From Longimicrobiales bacterium (GTDB lineage: Bacteria > Gemmatimonadota > Gemmatimonadetes > Longimicrobiales > Gaopeijiaceae), in NCBI GenBank assembly GCA_963422615.1, contig OY730414.1, forward strand, positions 1,178,001 to 1,242,000: a stretch of 64,000 nt of DNA. Direction: 5' to 3'. The position numbers were made by a program, and so were the translations under genes. Below, piece by piece: positions 38,737-47,736 of the stretch. Below the pieces are notes generated by a model, which was not told the origin of the DNA, ran no database searches, and saw only the letters and a list, made by a program, of their open reading frames with translations. Every line of letters starts with the position of its first letter. Position 1 is the stretch's first letter.

Positions 38737-40145
38737 GTCGGCTAGCCATCGGCGTGGCAGCCAGCCCGGGTGCGTCCAAGCGGGGTGGTGCATCGGAGGA
38801 TTTTGCTTGGCACAAACGAATCGGCCGATCCGGCGTCGTCGTGGTCGTGGGCGACTTCGCGCCGAACCGGGCCGCCGCAAAGGTCGCAAGTCGGGTTGGC
38901 GGAAAACTGGACGAGAGCCTGGAGCGCCTTTGGAAGGCCGGCGTCGTTGCGGCCGACCTGCCCACCGCGCTGGTCTACGAGCTGGCAAACGATCTGTACG
39001 TGGAGAACGCGAAGATGGGCGGGGCCTCCTGCCCCCGTTGCTCGGTGGTCGCCTTCGCCATCCAACACCGGCGCATCTGGGCGACCCAGGTGGGTGATGT
39101 TCGTCTGGCGATCGAGGGAAAGGACGGACCGGCCCATCCCGAACGCCGGCTCTTCTTTCCCGGCGGGTCCAACTGGATGCGGGCGACCGCCGACCCTGGG
39201 CTGACCGGGGATTCGTCTTATAGCCGAGCCCGCCCCGATGCGATCGGCCTGGACGAAATCCCCAGTCCCCTGAGCCTTCCCGGCTGGACCGGCTCCCTGG
39301 AAGCCGCGACCCGGATCCTCTGCTACACCGACGGGTTCGAAGACGGCTGGACGCCCGCACGAACCCTGGAAGTCCTGAAGGGAGAAGACCCGGGCGACCC
39401 TCGAGGATTGGCGGCTACCCTGGTCGAAACGTCCTCCTGCGACCGGGGCGATGATGACATCACCCTTGTGGTCGTTGAAGGATTCGCGAAGGCGCCCGAT
39501 CCCCTTGCGAAGCTTCGCAACCACTTCGAAAAAGCGAGAGAAGACGATAGGCGCGAAGCCACAAGCCGACTCGCGGAGATGCAGCGGAAGCAGGGCGAAT
39601 GGGACCGGCACCTCGCAGAGACGCGCACGTTGCTCGAAGACAGGCAAAGGGAAATGCTCGCGCTGCGGAAAAGGATCGACGAAATGGCGAAGGCACAAAA
39701 AGAACACAAAGAACGGAGCGACGAACAGGTCGGTCGCTCCGCCCAGCCCGAGCAAGCAGGGCCTGGTCTTCCGGAGCCGGTCGAGATCCGGGTCAAGGGC
39801 ATACCTACGGAGGTGACGCTCCGCCCAGGGGGAGGACCCGCCTCGTCGGGTTCGAACCTGGACGGCGAGGCGGCCTCAAGCCCCCGAGGAAGGGCTGGAG
39901 GATCTCTCTGGCAGGACAAGTGGATGAGGGTCCTTTTTCGGACGTTCCTGCTGTTCATTACGGTCTTCGCCCTCCTCGGGGTGATCTGGTTGGGCGTCGT
40001 CGTTCGGGCCGGCATCGGGGCGACCGACCCGGGAGCCACGAATGATGAGACCCAGGAGGCAACGGGAGGGGAGGGGGACCCGGAGGGAGGGTCCGACCCG
40101 GGGGCAGCCGAGGAGGACTCCGCAGGGAGCCGCCCGTCTGGGTGA
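38733..40145 (+). CDS. PP2C-like phosphatase with coiled coil and C-terminal TM helix
   Basis: SED, VVGD, QVGDVR, CYTDGF and DDITLVVV motifs; charged helical region; hydrophobic TM; GTGA overlap with the kinase gene. Confidence 0.8.
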   Translation: MSRLAIGVAASPGASKRGGASEDFAWHKRIGRSGVVVVVGDFAPNRAAAKVASRVGGKLDESLERLWKAGVVAADLPTALVYELANDLYVENAKMGGASCPRCSVVAFAIQHRRIWATQVGDVRLAIEGKDGPAHPERRLFFPGGSNWMRATADPGLTGDSSYSRARPDAIGLDEIPSPLSLPGWTGSLEAATRILCYTDGFEDGWTPARTLEVLKGEDPGDPRGLAATLVETSSCDRGDDDITLVVVEGFAKAPDPLAKLRNHFEKAREDDRREATSRLAEMQRKQGEWDRHLAETRTLLEDRQREMLALRKRIDEMAKAQKEHKERSDEQVGRSAQPEQAGPGLPEPVEIRVKGIPTEVTLRPGGGPASSGSNLDGEAASSPRGRAGGSLWQDKWMRVLFRTFLLFITVFALLGVIWLGVVVRAGIGATDPGATNDETQEATGGEGDPEGGSDPGAAEEDSAGSRPSG

Positions 40146-40166
40146 GCCCTGACGGACCTGGCGCGC

Positions 40167-41744
40167 GTGCCCCTTTGGCAGTGGTTCTATCTGGCCCTTC
40201 TCGCCACTGCGGCCGTGTGTGCAGTCCTCACCCTGCTCCGGTGGAGGAGCACGTTGGACCGGTGGCACAAGGGCGGCTTCTCGGATACGACCGCTGGATC
40301 CACCGAACTCACCGCCGAAATCGACAAGTGGGTCCAGTCTTCGGGCGGGCTGATCGGGGGGCTGGAGGCCCTGCATTTGGCCCTCGACCACCGCCACGCC
40401 CGCTGGAGGCGGGGGGCGGGCCTGCTCGTCCTGGGCGGGCTGCTGGGGACGGTCATCGGATTGGTCGGCGTTTCCGGTCAGCTGGCCGAGGTCTTTCGCG
40501 ACACGGAGAATAGCCAGATCCAGGCGGCCCGGGATCTGGGTGAGGCCCTGGGGAACCTGACTTTCGCCTTCCTCTCCACGTTGGTCGGCGTGGTCGGCGC
40601 TCTGGTACTGAGGGTTGTCCTCCTTTGGATCGAGGCGGGGGTGGGGGGATGGGCGCACGAGTTCGTGGACTGGGACCGGGCCATCGTCAATGCGGTGGGC
40701 CCGTTGGAGCGGAGCGCCAAGCGGCTTGACGAGGTATCCGACAGCCTCTTGCGTCTTGTGGGAAGCCCGGGGGAGGGGGAGCAGCGGGTGGGCGCCCTCG
40801 TGAAGACGGCGGCCGCCTTGGACCGGGCGGCCCTCGCTCTGCAAGAGGGAGTCAACGCCTGGGAGGCCCGGCTGAAGGCGTGGCGGCAGGACCGGGACGA
40901 AGCGTGGGACCGGTGGAGCCGAGAGATGAAGGAGGGACAGGGAGCCCTGGACCGAGTGATCGACAAGATGGCCAGGCGTCAAGAGGCCGAGGACGAGAGG
41001 GTCCGGGTCCTCTTGGGGGGTCTGGAAGCGGCGGTTGCGGCCGGTACGGAGACGATCGGGAAGAAGATTGCGGCGGGCGCAGCGGAGATCCGTCGCCTGA
41101 TCGAAAGTGGAACGGGACACATGGAGGGCGTCCTGCAACAGAGTGCGGACGCCCACGCAGAGCGTTTGACCACGCTTCGCCTGGCCACCCGGGAGCTCAC
41201 CCGGCACATCACGGGTTTGGTTGACCGGGCGGACAACCAAACCCAGCTGTTCCGGGGGATTCAAGAAGCGCTGGACCGGGTTGCCGGGGCGACCCAGGAC
41301 CTGGTGGAGGGCGCGGAGTCGCGCCTGGGCGACATTGGCAACAAGCACGTCGAAGCGCTGGATGCCGTTGCCGCCGAGCTTCGGAGTGCCTTCACCGGGG
41401 CCGAGCAGCGATGGGACGAGAGGTGGCGGAAGGTGTTCGAGGAGCTGCACCAGGCCACCGTTGCGCTGAACGGTCTTATGAGCCGCCTGACGAATGAACG
41501 GGACAGGGGGGTTGCCGAAAAGGAAAGCCTGAAGCGGGCCGCCGACGCGGTCGCCGAGCACTTGATGGGTCTTGAGGGTCACGTCGCAGACACCCGAAAC
41601 GTCATGCAGGATTCCCGGAACGTCATGCAGGACACAAGGGAAATCGTGATTCTCATAGAAGAAGCGTTGCGCAGAATCGGCGATCGCTTGGCCGTCTTGG
41701 ACGACGCGCCCCGGGACCGCATCCGGGACGAAGGGAGTGCGTGA
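40167..41744 (+). CDS. MotA/TolQ/ExbB-family proton channel with a long helical tail (ZorA-like architecture)
   Basis: Three TM segments with GLLGTVIGL and AFLSTLVG, then ~370 aa of amphipathic, heptad-rich sequence. Confidence 0.78.
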   Translation: MPLWQWFYLALLATAAVCAVLTLLRWRSTLDRWHKGGFSDTTAGSTELTAEIDKWVQSSGGLIGGLEALHLALDHRHARWRRGAGLLVLGGLLGTVIGLVGVSGQLAEVFRDTENSQIQAARDLGEALGNLTFAFLSTLVGVVGALVLRVVLLWIEAGVGGWAHEFVDWDRAIVNAVGPLERSAKRLDEVSDSLLRLVGSPGEGEQRVGALVKTAAALDRAALALQEGVNAWEARLKAWRQDRDEAWDRWSREMKEGQGALDRVIDKMARRQEAEDERVRVLLGGLEAAVAAGTETIGKKIAAGAAEIRRLIESGTGHMEGVLQQSADAHAERLTTLRLATRELTRHITGLVDRADNQTQLFRGIQEALDRVAGATQDLVEGAESRLGDIGNKHVEALDAVAAELRSAFTGAEQRWDERWRKVFEELHQATVALNGLMSRLTNERDRGVAEKESLKRAADAVAEHLMGLEGHVADTRNVMQDSRNVMQDTREIVILIEEALRRIGDRLAVLDDAPRDRIRDEGSA

Positions 41745-41855
41745 TGAGCCGATGCCGGCGCGTAGTCCGGAAGCGTGGCCCTTCGGCCCTTCCTGCGCCC
41801 AGCGGGTCCTCCCCCGATGCCTATCGTCCCCAGCCCTTCCATGTGTAGGGATCCG

Positions 41856-43682
41856 ATGCGCAGGTCGGTCCACCCGGTCGCCGTCTGTATCGTTCTGGTC
41901 GGGTTGTCCCTCTCTTGGGCGGCGGTTCCCTCTGCCGGGGACGCTCAGCTTGTCCGGGGCCGGCTCGTGGAAGCCGAAGAGGAAGTCGGCGTCGGCGGGG
42001 CCATGATCACGCTGGTCAGCCGGGAGGGCCGCGCTATCGAACGGGTCCTCACCCGAAGCGGTAGCGGCCTCTTCCAGCTGAAGGCGTCCGGGCCGGGGGA
42101 GTACCGCCTCCGGGCCGATAGAATCGGCTACGCCACCACCTACTCCGACTACTTCCGCATCGCTGGCGGGGACACGCTGGGGGTCGAGATGGCGGCCCGG
42201 GTGGAGGCGGTGTCGCTGGAGGGCATCGAGGCCGAGGGGAACCGGCGGTGCCGGGTGCGGCCCGAAGAAGGCTTGGCCGTGTATCGGGTCTGGGAGGAGG
42301 CCCGGAAGGCCCTGATCGCCGCGGCCTGGACCCAGGAACGCGGCATGTATCACTACGAGATGCTGCGGATCAAGCGGAATTTGGACCGGGAAGGCCGCAG
42401 GATCGAGTCCGAGGACCGAAGCTACGGACAAGGGTACAGCGAAGCGCCGTACGTTGCGCGGCCCGCCGACTCCTTGGCGGTCAGCGGATTTGCTCGATTT
42501 ACCGAAAGCGAATCGGTCTTCTGGGCGCCCGACGCCGGGGTTCTCCTTTCCGACGCATTCCTGGACACCCACTGCTTCAGGGTCGAGGCCGGCGGGTCGG
42601 AAGCCCCGGGGCGGGTCGGCCTGGCGTTCGAGCCCCTGTCGGAGCGAACCGTTCCCGAGATCAGCGGGACCCTCTGGGTCGACCCCGTCACGGCGCGGCT
42701 GAGTTGGCTGGAGTACCGGTACGTAAACCTGAACATTCCCCGGTCCCTCTTGGCGGCGTCCCCCCGCGGTCGAGTCGAATTCCAGGAGCTGCCCAACGGT
42801 ACGTGGATCGTGACCTCGTGGAGCATTCGGATGCCCCGGCCCGGGGTGGTCAGCCACTTCCGGTCCGGTCGGCGGGTTCCGGTTCCCACGCTGGACGGCA
42901 TCGCTGTGGCGAGAGGCGAAGTATTGCGGGTTCACGGGAGTGAAGGAGTCGTCTTCGAGGGTGATCCGGGAAAGCGGATCATCGGAACCGTCTTCGATAC
43001 GCTCCGGATCGGACTCCCGGGGGCCCGGGTGTTTGTCGAGGGCACGGGAACGGAGGTCGTGACCGATTCGGCGGGTCACTTCGAGCTCACCCATCTTCGG
43101 TCCGGCGTCTATACGCTCTACTTCACGCATCCCTATCTCGATCCCCTGTTGTTCCTGCCCGAGCCGATCGAAGCCAAGGTTGAAGAAGGAAAAGACCCCC
43201 TGCGGGTGGATTTCTTCGCGCCCACGCTGGAGCGGGTCATCGATGAGGTTTGCGACGGCGACCGCCAGCCCGAGGCCCCCTTGATTGTGGCTGAAGACGA
43301 GCGACTGGCTTGGCCCCGGGGTATCCTCACGGGGCGGGTGACGGACCCGGACGGAAATCCCGTCAGCGAAGCAACCGTTGTCTTCCTCTCCAGAACGTAC
43401 GAAATCGAGGCCTATGTGGATGCCACGGCCAAAGGAGCGGGTCGGCTTCGGGAGGGGCGTCGGGGCGCCGTGGCGAAGACCGGCGGGTCGGGGGTCTATC
43501 GCATATGCTGGGTACCGGTCGGCGCGCCACTGGAGGTTGCGGTCCTGAAAGAGGGGGAAGCCCTCAATCCCTCAAGCGTGGATGCGTCGTACGATCTGTC
43601 GGACTTCTTCCCGGGGAGAGTGCGGACCCTGACCGTCGTCCCCCAATCCCCCTTTGCTACCCTGAACCTGCGGACCCGATGA
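41856..43682 (+). CDS. secreted carboxypeptidase regulatory-like domain protein
   Basis: Signal peptide; three repeats of the G.V.D..G.P...A.V....T...G.F.L...G.Y pattern; LLSDAFLDTHCF. Confidence 0.8.
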   Translation: MRRSVHPVAVCIVLVGLSLSWAAVPSAGDAQLVRGRLVEAEEEVGVGGAMITLVSREGRAIERVLTRSGSGLFQLKASGPGEYRLRADRIGYATTYSDYFRIAGGDTLGVEMAARVEAVSLEGIEAEGNRRCRVRPEEGLAVYRVWEEARKALIAAAWTQERGMYHYEMLRIKRNLDREGRRIESEDRSYGQGYSEAPYVARPADSLAVSGFARFTESESVFWAPDAGVLLSDAFLDTHCFRVEAGGSEAPGRVGLAFEPLSERTVPEISGTLWVDPVTARLSWLEYRYVNLNIPRSLLAASPRGRVEFQELPNGTWIVTSWSIRMPRPGVVSHFRSGRRVPVPTLDGIAVARGEVLRVHGSEGVVFEGDPGKRIIGTVFDTLRIGLPGARVFVEGTGTEVVTDSAGHFELTHLRSGVYTLYFTHPYLDPLLFLPEPIEAKVEEGKDPLRVDFFAPTLERVIDEVCDGDRQPEAPLIVAEDERLAWPRGILTGRVTDPDGNPVSEATVVFLSRTYEIEAYVDATAKGAGRLREGRRGAVAKTGGSGVYRICWVPVGAPLEVAVLKEGEALNPSSVDASYDLSDFFPGRVRTLTVVPQSPFATLNLRTR

Positions 43683-44452
43683 GGAGCCACCGCGCCCGGG
43701 CGGGAGAACGGGAGGGGAACTGGCAAGTCTTTGCGGACTTGGGTCTGGCGCTTGTCTTGGTGCTCTTCGCCGTCGTGGCGTACCAGTTCGTGCGCAACCG
43801 CGATTTCTGGCTGCGGGAGAAGATCGTCTTCAGTCAGGAACGGGTCGATTCCATCATCCGGGAGCACTTGGCCGACACTTCACGGTACAGGGTTTGTCCT
43901 CCGGACGGGGACAGGCAGGCGATTGTTTTCGGGGCCGACGCCACCTTCGAGATCGGAGACTGGCGGCTCAAGAGAGAAGGAGCGGAGCTCTTCCAGCGTT
44001 TGGGCGCCGTGTTGGCGGAAGTCGACACCGTACTGGGCCAAATCGATGTGGAAGGCCACACGGACTCGGTTCGCATCAACCGGGTCGGCGTACGGTCGAA
44101 CTGGCAACTTTCCACCCTGCGGGCGCTGGCCGTCACAGACTCCCTTCGGACCCGCCCCACCCTGGATTCCCGGAAACTGGCCGTGGTGGGTCGGGGCCGG
44201 TGGAGGGAAGCCATGTCCAACCAGACCGAAGAGGGTCGGGCCGCGAACCGGCGAATCGAAATCTCTCTGGTCTATTCCCCCGAAGTGCTGGGTCCCGTAG
44301 GCATGGAGAGCCTGGGGGCCCTCTTCGACACCATCGGAAACCGGGTCCGCCGTCGCATCGACGTGCTCCCCCAGCCTTCCAGCGCGCTGCAAACAAGGCC
44401 CTTTTTCCGCCCTCGCTGCCGGGGCGAAGCCAGACTTCCGGTAGTCCGATAG
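43679..44452 (+). CDS. OmpA/MotB-family protein (ZorB/MotB-like)
   Basis: WQVFADL plus a single TM helix with the conserved Asp; VEGHTD, NWQLSTLRALAV, NRRIEI; ATGA overlap with the previous gene. Confidence 0.88.
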   Translation: MRSHRARAGEREGNWQVFADLGLALVLVLFAVVAYQFVRNRDFWLREKIVFSQERVDSIIREHLADTSRYRVCPPDGDRQAIVFGADATFEIGDWRLKREGAELFQRLGAVLAEVDTVLGQIDVEGHTDSVRINRVGVRSNWQLSTLRALAVTDSLRTRPTLDSRKLAVVGRGRWREAMSNQTEEGRAANRRIEISLVYSPEVLGPVGMESLGALFDTIGNRVRRRIDVLPQPSSALQTRPFFRPRCRGEARLPVVR

Positions 44453-44524
44453 AAGGCAGGCGCGCAAGCGTCTTCGAAAGGAGAACCCCCTCAGGTGACG
44501 CTGGGCGGGACCCCGAGACGGGAT

Positions 44525-44601
44525 CCACGGCGCGGCGGAGCCACCTCAACGAGGTCGCTCAGGGGGCTCTGCGCCCAAGCCGGTGTCGAGTCGTATCAGG
44601 T
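44525..44601 (+). repeat. degenerate copy of an internal segment of the downstream SusC-like gene
   Basis: 44544-44601 matches 45720-45776 with 4 mismatches and 1 indel. Confidence 0.88.
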
Positions 44602-44611
44602 TCCCCGGTCG

Positions 44612-44628
44612 CCCCCCCCCCCCCCCCC
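44612..44628 (+). repeat. homopolymer C17 (intergenic)
   Basis: Counted directly from the sequence. Confidence 0.9.
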
Positions 44629-44838
44629 TTGTCCGGTGCCGTCGCTACTGTCCGGTATCGCCTCTATGTCTTCGTGAGATGGATGCGCTTACATTCGCGC
44701 TTCGCGCGACCGGAGGAGTCGAACCGCAAATCTCCGCGGTCCGATGGAGTCCTTGACCTTCGCGAACCCGGTTGTGCGTCAGAGCCGTCCATTCGGGCCG
44801 GCGATGTTTCCAATCCATCAGTTTTCTAAGGAGGGCAC

Positions 44839-47725
44839 ATGCCACAACCTCGTCAGATTCATGCCGTTGCATTGCTGACGGCAATCCTGGCCACACCCGC
44901 CCAGGCGCAAGAGCGCGCCACGGTGGGGGGTACGGTCATCGACGCAGCAACGATGGCCCCGCTGGAAGGCGTTCAAGTTGCCATTGAGGGGACAAACTTC
45001 GGCTCGCTTTCCAATTCGGCGGGCCGTTTCGTCATCCTCAACGTTCCCCCGGGCACCCACACGTTGCGCGCCGTATTCATCGGGTATGGTCCTGTCGCAC
45101 AGGACTTCACGGTGGAGCCCGGCGGCACCGCTGTGATCGACTTCAACCTGGCTCAATCGGTGCTCCAGCTGGATGAAATCGTCGTTACCGCGACGGGGGA
45201 GCAGCGCAAGCGGGAGCTCGGCAATGCGGTCGGCGAAATCCGCGCCACCGAAGTCGTAGAGATCGCGCCGATCAACAACCTCGCCGACCTGATTCAGGGC
45301 CGTCAGGCGGGGGTCCAGGTCTTCAACTCGGCGGGCACTTCGGGGGCCGGTTCCCGCATTCGCGTCCGCGGATCCAGCTCGATCTCCCTGTCCAACGATC
45401 CCATCCTGGTCGTGGACGGGATCCGGGTCGACAGCCGCCAGAGCGGTCTCGGAGCGGGAGGCCAGGAGGCTTCCAGGCTGGACGACTTCAACCCCGAAGA
45501 CATCGAGTCCATCGAAATCGTGAAGGGACCGTCGGCCGCCGCACTCTACGGTACCGAGGCGGCCAACGGCGTAATCCGGATCACGACCAAGCGGGGTCAG
45601 CCCGGGGAGACGCGCTGGAACGTCTGGGCCGAGGCAGGACTCATTCAGGAGCCCAACACCTACCCTTTGGGCTACTTGGGACTGGACGCGAACAGTGACA
45701 CCTACGCCACGGCGTGCCGCCTCAACGAGGTCGCCCAGGGGCTCTGTGCCCAAACCGGTGTCGAGTCCTATCAGGTCCTCCACGATCCTGATCTGTCCCC
45801 GATCGATGACGGAAGCCGGAACCAGATGGGGATCTCGGTCTCTGGCGGAAGCGAAGCCGTCAGCTACTACGTCTCGGGAGAGATTGAGGGCGAAGTCGGA
45901 CCCTACTCCCTGCCGACCCCCGACCGGGAGCCTGTCGTACCTCGACAGCCACTTCGCGTACATGGGGAACGACAACAACTCCTTCGGCATGCTTCCGAGC
46001 GCCTTCTTCGGCACCTCGGCTAGGCCGTGGTCCTTCCAGAAGCCGGCCCAGCTCTTCGGGCGGACATTCTACCAGGACACGCAGCGCTTCACCGGCTCGG
46101 GCACGGTCACGTGGGATCCGATGGACTGGCTTTCCTTTCGGGCAACGGGGGGATTGGACTACTACAATCGCCAAGACGTGTCGTTCTTTGCCCGAGACAT
46201 CGGCGTCCCCGGCACGAGCAACCTGGGCCGCAAGGACACCGACTTCCGCAACTCCTGGCAGTACACGCTGGATGGCAGCACGACCGCATCCTTCGATCTG
46301 ACCGACGGGATCACGTCCCGGTCAACCGTCGGCGTTCAATACTTCGAAAACCAGTTCGCGGGCACCAACGCGTGGGGCATCGACATCGTGAACGGGGCCT
46401 CATCGATCGGCGTTGCCGCGGAGACGTTCTCCGGCGAGGTCCACATCTTCGAAAAGACCGCCGGCCTTTTTGTCGACCAGCAGTTCGGGATCAATGACCG
46501 GCTCTTCCTGACCGGGGCGATCCGGGCGGATGACAACAGTGCGTTCGGTCAGGACTTCGACCTGATCTACTATCCGAAGGCGGGGCTGTCGTGGATTGCT
46601 TCCGAAGAGTCCTTCTTTCCGCAGATCTCCTTCCTGGACCAGCTGCGCATACGGGCCGCGTGGGGGCGCTCCGGGTTGCAGCCCGGGTCGGACGACGCGA
46701 TCCGGACGCTGAGCGCCAATGCGATCACCACACCGGACGACCAGACCGGTTCGGGCGTGTCGATCGGCAATATCGGCAATAGCCTGCTCGAGCCCGAAAA
46801 GTCGAGCGAGATCGAAGCGGGTCTCGACGCCGAGTTCTTCAGCGGCCGGGCCGCGCTGGAGCTGACCTATTACGACAAACGCACCGACGGCGCCCTGATC
46901 ACCGTGCCTCTGGCGCCTTCGTTGGGCGCGAGCGCCACCCGCTGGGTCAATATCGGCGAGGTCCAGAACGCCGGGTGGGAAGCGGCGATCACCGGAACCT
47001 TTGTTGAAACCAACACGGTGAGCTGGGAGATCGGTCTGTCGGGCTCAATCAACAACAACGAACTGCTGTCGCTGGGCGAAGGAACGGAGCCCATCGGCAC
47101 CCAGACCCGCTTTGTGCCGGGCTTTCCGCTGGGAGGACAGTGGGACCGCCCGATCGTGGGCCACAACGATGCCGATGGCAACGGCATCATCACGCCGGAC
47201 GAGCTGACGATCGGAGACACCATCGAGTACATCGGCCCGGGCATGCCCGAGAACCAGCTCTCGATCTCATCGAGCCTGCGACTTCCGGGCGGAATCCGGG
47301 TCACCGGGCTTCTGGACTACCGGGGCGACTACATCGCATACAACAACACGGAACGCTTCCGTTGCCGCTTCCGGGTTTGCCAGGCTCTGATCGATCCGGA
47401 GACGCCCCTTGCGGAGCAGGCGCGGGCCGTCGCATCGCTCCTTCATCCGAGCCAGACCGTGTGGGGCTACATGGAACCGGGAGATTTCTGGAAGCTCCGC
47501 GAGGTCTCGGCGCGCTTGGACCTGCCGGAGCGCTTCGCAAACAGTTTCCGAGCTTCGAGGGCGTCGGTCACGATCACGGGGCGCAACCTGGCCACGTGGA
47601 CGGACTACTCGGGGATGGATCCGGAAATCAACTCGAACGGTTCGGGGGACAACTTCGGCATCTCGGAGTTTCTGACCCAACCGCCGGTCCGATTCTACAC
47701 GGTCCGCTTCAACTTCAGCTTCTAG
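44839..47725 (+). pseudogene. SusC/RagA-like TonB-dependent receptor, frameshifted near 45925
   Basis: The N-part has plug motifs (IESIEIVKGPSAAALYG.EAANGVI.ITTKRG). The barrel part (..NDNN..R.DDNSAFG..PEKS.E.E..FNFSF*) is in a different frame. Confidence 0.85.
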
Positions 47726-47736
47726 GAGATCCGATC

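Noticed and set aside
39876..43130. 1084-aa minus-strand ORF
   Set aside because: Antisense shadow of motif-bearing plus-strand genes in GC-rich DNA; no recognisable motifs.
40167..44452. Calling this a canonical Zorya system or a flagellar stator
   Set aside because: No zorC/D/E-like or flagellar genes are adjacent; only the architecture is similar.
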